DNA of 63,662 bases, filler included, from Stramenopiles sp. TOSAG23-3 (taxonomy: Eukaryota), in NCBI GenBank assembly GCA_900128585.1. It is 15 parts of 15 records of this genome, joined end to end, with 100 filler letters (N's around TTAATTAATTAA, not from the genome) between each part and the next. Parts side by side here need not be neighbours in the genome. Positions count along the whole stretch, not along the records: positions 29,815 to 33,965 come from LT643932.1; positions 34,066 to 38,215 come from LT643933.1; positions 38,316 to 42,463 come from LT643934.1; positions 42,564 to 46,709 come from LT643935.1; 11 more parts are not named here. The stretch is one strand, 5' to 3'. The position numbers and the translations under genes were made by a program. Each line of letters begins with the position of its first letter. Within the stretch, counting starts at the first letter, position 1. Below the pieces are notes generated by a model, which saw only the letters and a program-made list of their open reading frames with translations, searched no databases and was not told the origin of the DNA. This document shows, piece by piece, positions 32,782 to 44,761 of the stretch.

Positions 32782-33843
32782 CTATTTTATATTTTTATTG
32801 ATATACGCGAGCAACCATTTCAGATCTCCAAGCATGCACTTTAGCGCCCTCGTCCAGGCATCACTCGAGCCACCACTTATTTTTATCGGAAGCCCGCCAA
32901 CAGTTATATTTTCATTGTCTATAGCGTGCGGCAGCAAAAACGACGGATCCAACTCGGTTACATACTTGCATATTTCATCTAAGCAGAAGAGAAATGAGCC
33001 CATGCCAGCGTTAAAAGTGCTTCTAGAAAATATACTACCACCACCATTTTTTGAATGCAAGTCGTACGAGGAACGCTCGCGTCCCGTCTTGGCAATCCTA
33101 GATGCGCTGCCCATCGGAATGATACGAAATTTGGAAAAGGTAAAGGACAATTTGTGCGCAATGGTTGCGAGAAGAAGGGCAGTTTGGCCCCACGCCATGT
33201 TGACTTCGCTCCACTCCGTCAAAATGGATGGACAACGCCCCAACCGGAACCCATTGATTGTTCCAAATGGTCCATCGTGCCATATAAAAAATGCAACGTT
33301 GTATACACTAATACTTACCAACGCATCCAAGCGTGCCTTTGCCTGCTCCAAGACATGTTCCTGGGACTGGCGGCGCTGCAAAGCCCGCAAGTCGTCTACC
33401 TTCTTCTTGTTGGTGGAAGCGCGCTGTTCATACTCTAGAGCGTCTATTCGTGTCTCGTTTTCTTTTAATGCCTCGTACTTGGACCGCAATTTCTCCCTGG
33501 AAGTCTGTATAACCATAAGACGTTCGGCAAGGCTATTCTCTTCTGCTCTTAATTTGTTCAACCGGACAGCAGACGGGCTGTCGCCAGCTGCCCTGGTCTC
33601 TTCGACTTTGCTTGAAGGCTCTAAATATCCACGTTCCTCCAAGTATGCATTGCGCTCGCGAGTTACCGTTTTTAGAACAACCATCATATCCTCCATCACA
33701 CTGTCGGCCACTTCTTCCGTAAGCGGCTTATCCGCCAGACGTGATTTCTGTATTACCTTATCAAAGGTACCCTTATCTTCTTGCGTCGGCCCAGTCCCCG
33801 CCCCGGAATTCAGTTCAACTGAAGTTCCTGCTTCCGTTGCCAT
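32782..33843 (-). CDS. ATG6: Beclin-1/ATG6
   Basis: AFFIWHDGPFGTINGFRLGR, WSEVNMAWGQTALLL, WTRALKCMLGDLKW (BARA domain). Confidence 0.96.
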   Translation of the reverse strand: MATEAGTSVELNSGAGTGPTQEDKGTFDKVIQKSRLADKPLTEEVADSVMEDMMVVLKTVTRERNAYLEERGYLEPSSKVEETRAAGDSPSAVRLNKLRAEENSLAERLMVIQTSREKLRSKYEALKENETRIDALEYEQRASTNKKKVDDLRALQRRQSQEHVLEQAKARLDALVSISVYNVAFFIWHDGPFGTINGFRLGRCPSILTEWSEVNMAWGQTALLLATIAHKLSFTFSKFRIIPMGSASRIAKTGRERSSYDLHSKNGGGSIFSRSTFNAGMGSFLFCLDEICKYVTELDPSFLLPHAIDNENITVGGLPIKISGGSSDAWTRALKCMLGDLKWLLAYINKNIK

Positions 33844-34065
33844 TATAATTGTGTGTACAATATATTTCCCAGCAAATCAATGCAACGGAATAATTAATTA
33901 ATACGTCCAGCACGGGCGTCAAGGTGGCATTACATTAGAGTCAAGCATAACTCGTTCCTAATTTTNNNNNNNNNNNNNNNNNNNNNNNNNNNNNNNNNNN
34001 NNNNNNNNNTTAATTAATTAANNNNNNNNNNNNNNNNNNNNNNNNNNNNNNNNNNNNNNNNNNNN

Positions 34066-34345
34066 ATCACAAACATCACAAACATCACAAACATCACAAA
34101 CATCACATCAGGATTTTTTTTAATGACACTACTGGTGTCATAAATTGAACTATATTCCTGCATTCTTCCTGCATGACACCTTAGGTGTCATCAAACATCA
34201 CAAACATCACAAACATCACAAACATCACAAACATTACAAACAAACTAACCCTAACCCTAACATTACATTTTTTATGACACTGCTGGTGTCTTAAATTGAA
34301 CTATATTCCTGCATTCTTCCTGCATGACACCTTAGGTGTCATCCC
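34066..34345. repeat. Composite repeat: (AAACATCAC)n, a 151-bp duplication carrying four ATGACAC-N5-GTGTCAT-type palindromes, and (CCCTAA)-type repeats at ~34246-34261
   Basis: Palindromes at 34123, 34173, 34274 and 34324; ctaaccctaaccctaac. Confidence 0.9.
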
Positions 34346-34404
34346 AATCCTATATAAAAAAAGTACAATAAACGTATACTTTTATGTACATTATTATAAA
34401 ATAT

Positions 34405-35118
34405 TTATATTCTCCCAATTTGACGGTTTTTAGATCTGGTCCGGGACGAACGCCGAACCCACTCATCTTTTTTCGTCGTTCGTTTGTCATCAACGTCGAA
34501 ACTTAAACTTTTTGTGCAGGCGAAGCAAAGCCCTTTATCGGTTAACGCACGGTCAATTTTCGTTTCCATCCATGTTTCTCGGTATTCCTTGGAGAGATTT
34601 TTTACCGTTTTAACCCAAGAACGTGGAGTTTTCAAGGTTTTACACAATTTACACATTTCCTTTGCCGTCTTCGCCTTCCCCTTCGCCGCCTTCACCTTCG
34701 CCGCCACTTTCGCCGCCGCCTTCGCCTTCGCCGTCTTCGGCTTTGCCGTCTTCGGCTTCGGCGTCTTCGCCTTCGCCGTCGTGGCCTTCTTCTTTGAGTT
34801 CTTTCCGCTATTCGATCCCTCGCCACACCGGTGTGTTCTGCACTGTTTTCTATATGAAAGAAAAGGTTAGTTATCATGTTTTAGAAAAAGAAAAGAAATA
34901 CTTACCAGAAATACTTACCCGCACATGGTGCAAAGGGATGCCGTCATCACCTGGCACCCCTTTTTCCCACAGTGAGATTTCACTGCCTTCCCTTCATAGT
35001 ACATGGCAAAAATCATACCTTGGCATGGAAGCTCTTTTGGTATCAACAGGGAGGCGTGAACCTTCTTCCCCTCCACCGAAACATATAAATCTTTGTTGAT
35101 TTTATAATTTCGATTCAT
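34405..35118 (-). CDS. Two-exon Cys/His zinc-finger plus Lys/Ala-rich (histone-H1-like) protein; exons 35118-34919 and 34849-34405
   Basis: A 69-nt intron (34918-34850) with GTAAGT donor, CTAAC branch point, pyrimidine tract and TAG acceptor joins two ORFs in frame: HCGKKGC..CTMCGKQCRTHRC...KAKTPKPKTAK...CKLC...CFAC. Confidence 0.75.
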
Positions 35119-36018
35119 TTTGGATTCCTCAATTTTGTAACTTCTTTAAATTTCTTTCATGTTCAATTTGTATATGTATTTGTATTCATACTAGTAAAGT
35201 AACACGTTTCTTTGTGTAAATTAGACGTACATGTAATAAAACTATAATAAATAAATAATTGTAATATTTATACAATAATTAAAATAGTCTGAGTAGCGCG
35301 GCGAGAAGCGAGGCAAGTAGCGTGTACGCGTACTATTTATTTTTAATTATAATAGTTGCTCAATGGTATTGCGTGTAATATAAAAGCGTAATAGTTGGAA
35401 TACTATATATATATACGATAGTGCGGAGAGCTTCTTTTTTTGTTTTTGTTTTGCCCTGCTATGACGCTGCAGCTACTATTTTTTAAAATTTGCTGGGGAT
35501 ACTAACGGTAGCACTACCAGCACAAAAATTCAAAAAAACATATATATAAATTATAACGACAAAATGTATACTATGGCAATGTATTCTTTCAATTCGATTA
35601 AATGTATTTCTCGTGGAGTGCTCTCGCGTTACAGGTTGCGCTGTAACATTTACATCCACACACCATTATATGTTTGGGAGTTATATTTTTCAGAGTCGGT
35701 TGGTGTAGTGTCGTACATCGATCTAGTACGTGTACACTATCACAGGTGTCATTGGCTTTCAATTCGCCTGCTCTGTCATTGTACTGTGGTACAAATTCTC
35801 TTCCCCTCGACTCTTCTCTACGTCCATGCTATTCCTTGTCTCTATTCTATTTCCCTGTTATTGCATTTTATTGAATATACTGATGACACTACAGGTGTCA
35901 TTACACGCGTGTATATATACATAACTGATGACACTACAGGTGTCATTACACGCATGTGTGTGTATATATATATATAAGAACTGAGTCGGTATACACACGA
36001 AAAGTTATAAACGTCAGG

Positions 36019-38215
36019 CTAAAAGATAATATTATCAATACTTATAGAAAAAAGACTGCAAAACTCACCTAAACACATCCCAATGGGTTCAAATATTCCA
36101 TTCCTCAACATTTCGATTTTGTGATTTACAAGCACCCCTTTGATACAAACTACTGAAATTGCACTATTAACATCTACCATTCCTGCCCCAGCTTGATCCA
36201 ATATAGATAATTTGTGCAAAATTCCTGGCTGCTCCTGTACTATTTTCACTCCGTAAAATTCTCTGCAAATTTGGACATAAAAATGTTCACCAATAAACAG
36301 CATGGAAACAATGTCAGTGAGTGCAAGGTCGGCATCCTCCTGCGACCTGTAATTGACGCATTGATACTTCTTTTCTTTCTTGTCACCTCTTGGTTCACAT
36401 GGAATATAATTTGCAGCATAGAATCGCTTTAAAATATTCAATGGCCTCTTCTTGCCCCATTCTGTATTTGACATTTGGTGTTTTAAGTTTTGAATGAATG
36501 CTTCACCATGAAAATCATCAACAGCCATATCCCCCAGCTCTTCGGATAAATTAAGAAGGCAATGTAAAGCAGGTTTCGTTTCAAACCAACATCTGTTATT
36601 AGTGCCACCATTGGTGTCACCATTCATGGCTTGTACACGGCTGCTTCTTCTGAGGCTGCTTACACCAGCACTGGTTGTGCTACCAGGGGTGTCACGTTTT
36701 CGTTTATGAAGAACATCTTGTTTTGGGAATACTTTTTCATATAACACAATGAACAATTTAACAATGGAGTTTAACAACACAGGCCGCTTGTTGACCATTG
36801 AGCTCCAAATCGAGGCAAAAAGAAAAAATATCAAACGTTCTGCTTGTTCCAGACCATCACACAAAAACATCACCTTCGATATACCCTTCAGATGGCAGCC
36901 TTGCATCTTCCGGTACCCATTTTTCTGTATTGCAATTTCAACACAATTTACCATTTTTACTTTTAATTGTGCCAATCTGTTAACAAACCCAAAAACGGTT
37001 CTATAATACTTTGCTTGGTTGTTCCTTTTTTTCATCTCTAAAGCCAAAAAAATTCCATCCTTGAATACATTGAAAAATAACGTATGGTTGAACCCTGCTA
37101 TCGCCATGCTAGGTTTCAGAACCATGTTCTTACCTTTTGTGATTGCTTCAATAGATGTTTTTGAAAATCCATACCCCCCCAAAAACTTTTTTACCATAGA
37201 AGTCTGCTGTTGTTGTACCCTTCTGCCATTCAGTGTTTGTATTTCTTGTAGACGGTCATGTGCCTTTTTTTGCACGGTATCAAACAATGTATCAGTAAAA
37301 CGTTCTCCATGTCGCTCTACTAAAGTACCGAAAATGTCTTCTGCATACCAAACAACTTTTTCATAATTGAAATCGTAGCAGTCTTTGCACGTGACACCAT
37401 TGGTAGCACAAACTGTATTGTCACATAGGTTGTTAAACCTTCTCTTGGTACAAGTCATGCACGTCAGCAGTTTCTTAAAATGAACGGCTTTTGTGTTTAT
37501 AATCCACCCTGGTCTTTTTGTCAGGTTGCTAAAGGGAGAACGCGTGTCTTTCAACCCCAATAGCTTTGAATATGCTGGTTTGTCCAATATACACCTTTTC
37601 AAGGTAAACAATTTTTTAAAATCCGAAATTAGATCCTGCATTTTCTGATATCCATTTTGGTGTGCGAGACACACTGGGTACCACCTTGAGTAATCCACTC
37701 TTTTTCCAATGACAAACACCACAAAAAGTTGAAGTAAATTATGATTCTGGAGCTGGGTGTACGAGCTGAAATCGTCACCCCAGATTCCAATTTCACATTT
37801 CTGTCCAATATAGAGATTCAGCGCCGCAGGTGATACAAATGCTGCCCCATCCTCCCACCCTATGTTTGGTGTTGGAAGGTGTTCTGGAATTTTGTTATAG
37901 AACGTGTACCTTATAAACGCGTCATCTTCTGGCAGTTTGTCCATGCGCCCAATGTTGAAGATTTCTAAAGCTGTCAGTATTTCCGTTTTTGACCACCGGT
38001 GGCTGCATTTTGCCATCCATATACCAAGCAGACCATCAATGAAAATTTCGTCATTTTTTAATTGTTTTTGGATCAGAATCCACTTGATTATTTTTTTCAA
38101 AACCAATATTCTGTTGCTTTTAACACAACTGCCAACAGTACCTGCTGGTGAAAATGAACATTCTTCTAGTGACACCCCTGGTGGCATAGTACCTGCTGGT
38201 GAAAATGAACATTCT
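36019..38215 (-). CDS. Putative DDE transposase (CMC/Plavaka-like), 5' partial
   Basis: Ordered motifs IWGDDFS, YPVCLA, LDKPA, CxxC pairs, HTLFFNV, LHCLLNL and GEAFIQ. The ORF is open to the contig edge through a 51-bp repeat. Confidence 0.6.
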
Positions 38216-38315
38216 NNNNNNNNNNNNNNNNNNNNNNNNNNNNNNNNNNNNNNNNNNNNTTAATTAATTAANNNNNNNNNNNNNNNNNNNNNNNNNNNNN
38301 NNNNNNNNNNNNNNN

Positions 38316-41300
38316 ATCTTCTGGTTTCTGGGGTGTATTTCAGTCTTGTGAACAAATTTTGCCAGAGATTGTGAGTGTGCTCGTGTCGTACGTGGAGACA
38401 ATAACGACGGCAAAGAAAGCTTTGGGGGGAACCTACATTCTAGATGGGGTTGTGCCCTTGCCTTTGAACCGACGCAGTTGGTTTTGCTTTACTTCGGAGG
38501 CGCGGCCATTTAGCGGGAAAAAATTATCCGACGCAATTGCAGTGCACTATCGAACTCTTATTATTACTGTTCCAAATTGGGAAATGGTTCTGCACACTCT
38601 CCTTGCAACATACGATTTTTATGACAATAATTTATTGCCAGATCAGATTCGATCGTTTGTTGCAATTTACAATAACAATTTTGCATTTGAATCAGTGGGG
38701 AGAACGTGCATGTCTGACTTTTACAGAGAGATTAAAAGATACATTTTTGATAGTTTTGACAAAAAATTGTCCTCTAACGACGGCAAGAGTCTTGTTGCAG
38801 TTATTAAAGAGTACGTTAGAAAACGTTTCTTGTTTCTCCTTGAAACCGAAGAGAGCCAACAGGCGTTACTTGATCTGGTTGACAAATTGTTCAAGGGACA
38901 AGATGCACCAAAACCAATCCTTGAAGCTGCGAGTCCGGATGTAGATACTGCATATGAAGCGCATCAATTGGTGGCATTCCAAGCATCTCAGTTTGCTGTA
39001 AAGGCCCTGCAATCATTTCTTACCATGCAAAAGCCCATAATCGTGTACGGGAATCCTGGCAGTGGGAAATCGACAATCCAAAAATTAGCTACTTACAAAG
39101 ATCACAGTATTGATCGCATATATCCGGACTCTTTGAATTACGAAGACTTAGTCGGAACTTATTCCCCAAAATCCGGAAGCTGGCAGCATGGTTATATTAT
39201 TTCCATGTTGACAAAAGCAGACCATGGTATTCACGATAAATCCGTTTTAGCCATAGACATCTGCAACCAATCTTCTTTTATTGATACGTTTTTAAAGTCA
39301 TTTGAACTGGAGAACAAATTATACTGCGTTCCAGACGGTGGATTTGTGGATTCTCAAAAATGTCTTATTTTTGAAACAACAAATGTATCGCATTTATCAC
39401 CAACAACATTCGCTAGCACTTGCATGCTGTACGTTACAAGCCCATCAAGTCTTTGGCAAGGTGTGTGCCGATCGTGGCTTTCAAAGCAACAAAAGAGATT
39501 TTTGTTTATTGATAAGTTTGAGCAAAGATCTATCATTTTGATGGAGTGGATTATTCCACCGTTGATTGAGAACCTTCAGGAGCATTTAAGTGCGACCGTC
39601 CTCCATATTGTTGATTCAGTCTTGTGTATTTTTGAAGGCTTGATATTATCGGCTCGTACAGCACATGTATCAAATTCTTCAAACAACAAGGACATGGGAA
39701 AAAAGGCGAAAAAGTTTCAAGGTCTAGACGAGAAATTTATCTATGCAGTCATATGGGGATTTGCCCCTAATCTTAATGCGGCTGGGTCACAAATCTTTGA
39801 AAAGCTGGTGCGAGATCTTACTTCTGGCTCTCTCAGCGGTGGGTTCAGCGATGGTCATCTAGCAACTACTCTTTTAGACCAAGGTATGGATTCTTTATCG
39901 TTAGGAAAAGGCGTTAGTATTTCTAAAAAATTGAAGTCTCAGATTCCAAATTTGGGGTCAATATTTGACTACGTATTTAATGATGACAAGGGAAAATGGG
40001 TTCCTCACAAGATGGATTTAGAAATGATGGCCAGCCTGGACGTTCCAGCAGGGATTTTTGTTCCGACAAAAGATACTGCCAGACTTTACACAATTGTGGA
40101 GGCTAGCTTATTGACGGGGAAAAGTACCCTTTTGACGGGTTCGAGTGCAACTGGCAAGTCAACTATGATGAAAACTCTTCTGAAACTTGCCTCGAAGCCA
40201 TCAGAAAGACCGCTTTTGACTGTACCCTTCGCACAGTCGAATATGACCAGAGGCAACGACATGTTTAAAATGGTAGTGCAAAGAGATTTAAGGATCAATG
40301 GGCGGACGCGATGTGCTCCTAAATCCTTCCTTGGAATGACTGTATTTATAGATGATATTGCTATCGGAGCTAGTACAAATCGGACCACTGAAATAGTAAG
40401 ACAGGCGCTAGATGCACACGCGTGGTTTCATTCGAGTCTTAACCTCAGTCTTCATATTTCTGACATCTCATTTGCTAGCACCGTTCGCTCGCAATCAAAC
40501 GGGCAGGCATTAGAAGACGGTCGCTTTGCACGGCACTTTTTAATTCTAAACAGTTTTGGTGTTTGTGACGATGACTTACTGTCCATCATAACAGGGCACG
40601 TAGGGTCTAGTTTGCTTGTTGATAAAAGGATGATCAGTTCACTGTGCCATGCTTCCGTAGATTTATACAGATCGCTTCAAGCACAAACGAGTGCGCATCC
40701 CCCATCAATGCTATCACTTCATTCTTTTTGCAGCTACGCTGCCGCATTTTCCATCAACATATCTGAGTCCATGGTAAATGCACCTAAAAGTTTGTGGCAG
40801 ATGTGGTCCCACCAATCTGCTCGGGCATTTCGTGACGGAGCGAACGATAAGAATTTTCGCGCAAAATATGACAAACTCTTTTTTTCTATTGCTGGAAAGT
40901 ATGCGGCCAGTACCTCGTTTGAGCATTGCTTTTTGGATCCTTACCCTATGTTTTCGAATAAGATAGATGATCAAACGACAGATTGCCGAGTTGTTTCTAA
41001 ACAAGGAGCGTATGCAAAGTGTTCTTCCTTGCTTCAAGATGAAGATGACACATTCGTAGCCTTGTGTGTCACTGAGTCCTGCTGTTACAACTCACTTCGA
41101 TTATGTCATGCGCTAGAGAACACTGACGGAACCATAATATTGCAAGGAAAGAAAAGTGCTGAAACAGTGAACGTACTGAATCTGACAGGAAAACTCTGCA
41201 ACTACACTATTGTCGAGCCTCTGTCAGTTGATGAGTTAGTGCGTTTGCATTCGGTAGACCAAGATAAGAAAAAGATTGTGTTGATTCGCCATCTAGATCA

Positions 41301-42463
41301 AACGAGAACAAAGTTCCTGTCCAATTTTCTTGATCGTTGCTCTCTCTTGTCTGCTGCCCTGCATGTAGTTTCCAACGATTACTCCAAAGCGAAAGACCTA
41401 CTTGAAAATTTAATCAATAATTGTCGTGTGGTTATACTTACGGAATTCGGTAGTCTTAAAACTTTGCACGATATTTACAACCGCTGTTCGGTATTTCATT
41501 GCATCTGCATTGCGGAAAGCAACCCCATTCATCTTGACGATGAAAACGAAGCTTTTGCTCAGAAAATCATGGAGAACAAGCTGTCAGACGGGAGGTTTTC
41601 GATTGTTTTGTCGGCTGCAAAAATAGCGGAAGCGGCTGCAACAGGATTGCCTACTGGGGTTACAAATCGAAAACAGTTCTTCCATTTCTTTGACCACTTC
41701 AAGAATATTACTGGAGTCAGAGAGTACAACATCAAGAAATCTTTGCCCAATGTCGATATGTGCATTGACACTCTTGATTGCATTCAACAAGAGTTTGATT
41801 TGTCGACAGAAACTATGGATCAATTGGAACAAAGTATTGTACTGGCCCAGGACAGGATAAAGGTCGTAGTAAACGAACGGGCAGAACATGAAAAGTCTTT
41901 GGTCGAGTTGGACCACCAGCTTGCAAAGATAAACGTAAATAAAAAGGTTTTTGAAGACAAAAAAGAAGAGCTTTCGAAAACAATTCAAACTCATCTTGAT
42001 GGTGTCATTCCCATTCTTCAAAAATCCCAATCAAGCCTAACATTGATCACCACTGACGAAGTGAAAGCACTTCGTAGTATTGACAAACCTTCGCCTCAGA
42101 TCGTTCTGGTAGTAGAGGCTACTTGCATCCTTCTTGGCGTACGCCCGCAAAACCAGAGCGACGGGGGTAACGAAGTATTGGATTACTTTGAAGTAGCGAA
42201 ACGGAAATTGTTTAACAATGCAAAAGGGTTCATTCAGAAACTAACGGACTTCGACAAAGACAGTATTACCGATAGCGAGTTGTCGATTTTGGTACATTTT
42301 CTTGAGAAGAAGAACTTTACCCCGAAGGCAGTGAAGCGACAATCTGCTCTGTGCGCGATCTTGTGCGAATGGGCAACGGGGCTCACAATGTTTGCAAAAG
42401 TTTCGAGACTGATTGCGCCAATACAGCAGGAGTTATCTGAAATCGAGCACAACATGAAGGTGG
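38316..42463 (+). CDS. Divergent dynein heavy chain fragment (end of AAA1 to the stalk/microtubule-binding domain), partial at both ends
   Basis: P-loops GNPGSGKST and GSSATGKST, IFETTNVSHLSP, FVPTKDTAR, and stalk motifs KPSPQIVLVVEATCILLG, LTDFDKD, LCEWA. Confidence 0.88.
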
Positions 42464-42563
42464 NNNNNNNNNNNNNNNNNNNNNNNNNNNNNNNNNNNNN
42501 NNNNNNNTTAATTAATTAANNNNNNNNNNNNNNNNNNNNNNNNNNNNNNNNNNNNNNNNNNNN

Positions 42564-43428
42564 CAAGGGTAAACGCCATTTCGATCTTCGCATCGGCGCC
42601 CGCCTCTTGCATGTGGTAGCCCGAGATGGATATGGAGTTGAATTTAGGCATGTTGCGGGCCGTGTAGCCCATGATGTCGCCGATCAGTCGCAGGGACGGC
42701 TCAGGGGGGTAGATGAACGTGTTCCGGACCATGTACTCCTTCAGAATGTCGTTCTGGATAGTCCCCGCAAGTTTCTCTGGGGTGATGCCCTGCTCCTCCG
42801 CGGCAACAATGTAGAACGCAAGCACTGGGAGCACGGCGCCATTCATAGTCATGGAAACGCTCATTTTGTCCAAGGGGATGCCGTCGAAAAGTATTTTCAT
42901 GTCCTCGACGCTGTCAATGGCCACGCCGGCCATCCCAACGTCGCCAACTACGCGGTCGTGGTCCGAGTCAAAGCCACGGTGGGTTGCTAGATCGAACGCC
43001 ACACTGAGGCCCTGCTGCCCCGCCGCCATGTTTTTCTTGTAAAACTTATTGCTCTCCTCTGCTGTGCTAAACCCGGCGTACTGGCGAATTGTCCAAGGGC
43101 GCTGGGTGTACATGGAGGCATAGGGCCCGCGAGAGAATGGAAAGACGCCGGGCGGCGTGGGCTCCTCTAACCCTTCGGTATCTTTCGCAGTGTAGAGCGG
43201 TTTCAAAACAATTCCTTCCGGGGTCTCCGTCAGCAGGCTATCCGGACCCTTCCCCTTCGTTTCTTTGTCGCAAAGAGGCTTCCATGATTCGGGGTACTCC
43301 GCACCCATATCAGCTGGGGGATTCCCCACCGACCATGCAAGCGTCCGTTTTGTCCCGGAAAACACTTGGGGCCGTCGGGCAGAGGCGGCAGCCACCCGCT
43401 GAACGAGAAACCGTCGTGCGGAGAGCAT
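42564..43428 (-). CDS. MUT: Mitochondrial methylmalonyl-CoA mutase, 3' partial
   Basis: Arg-rich presequence; [62 protein letters not shown]. Confidence 0.97.
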
Positions 43429-44761
43429 GGGAAAGGTTATGCTAAGGTACCGTAAGTAACAACTAAAAATAATGCAGCTCAATAATAAATCAAGGATCAA
43501 GGATGGGAGGTGTATAAAAATGGTGAAAAACGAAAAGAAAACATTTTTTTTCTTAGCACTCGATTGAAGGTAAAAGTGATAGATGACTTTGTTTTGTGGC
43601 CTTCTTCTTCCTTTTTTTTATTTGTTTATTTTTTTTTGTTTATTTTAATTATTATTATTATTACTACCATTATTATATATAATAATATAATAATAATATA
43701 GTGTTGATCGGCGTGCGGCTGTGTGTTGTTGTTGGTTGTGTTGGTCGTTCGAAGAATAGAAGAAGAAAAAAAAGAATAAAATATAATAGTTAGTCTAGTA
43801 ATAATAAACGACATAGATAATAAATAGCCTATCTACGAGGTACGAGGATACGAGGAGTTATAATAAATGTTTTTAATTTATTCTCGTGCTGATAGTGTGT
43901 ATGGTATAGTATAATAGTATTAATACATATACACACAATACAAAATTAATTGACTTGTGAACGAATTGGTTAGTCGTCTACGAGGTATAAATACATAATA
44001 CAAGTACACGATTAAAATAACTGTTGGTTTGAACAAAGCAACTTCAATTTGCTTTCCTTTTCCTTTTTATCTCTCCATTTATTTATTATTATATAGTACT
44101 ACTATTGGATTTAATATATATCAGTTTTTGCTAGTCTAGTAGTTCTATATATTTAATTCATAATTTAAATTAGAATTATCTTATTACACTACAGCTTATA
44201 TAGGTAACTACCTTTTTTCATCTTTTAATCTATTCAATAATTATGCAGCTGTCTTCTTGTTCTTCTTGTTCTTCTTGTTCTTCTTCTTCGTTTCGTCATT
44301 TTATTTGATCTTTTTTTTTTATTCATTCTAAGAAGAGTTATTATAACTGACGAAATAAAAAAGAAACAAATAAATATATATGGTATTATTATATAAAAAT
44401 AGAAGATAATTATTAAAGAAGAGCTTTAGAGTATAGAATACGGTACTACAAAATATAGTATTTTTTTTCTCTCTTTTTTCTTGTTGTTGTTCCTCCTTGG
44501 TAGTAGTAGTACTGGTTGTTACTACTGGTAGTAGTGGCAAAGAACGGACGAATTTTATTATTAATTTATTAAAACAGGAACTATAAAATTAAAATGGAAA
44601 GTCAATTTATAATAACAATAAAGAAAGAAAGGAAGACGCATCTTACCATCACACGGATAGCCAGGGATAGCGGTAAGGAGGCAGTTTCTTCTATTTTAGT
44701 GCGAAACTAGCAGTAGTTTTTTCTTCTTACTATTTTTTCCTTCGTTTTGTCGGGCAACAGA

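Larger units (their letters stand above)
34066..38215 (-). mobile_element. Putative DNA transposon (CMC/CACTA-Plavaka-like), partial
   Basis: Transposase-like ORF, accessory gene, repeated palindromes, AT-richer coding composition, and repeats at both contig ends. No termini or TSD are visible. Confidence 0.6.

Noticed and set aside
34066-34345. CRISPR array interpretation of the palindromic repeats
   Set aside because: The intervening sequences are themselves duplicated, there are no cas genes, and the context is eukaryotic.
44638-44685. Possible hairpin or snRNA upstream of Rheb (CTTACC...GGTAAG)
   Set aside because: The stem is too short, and no further U1 or other RNA family features are recognisable.
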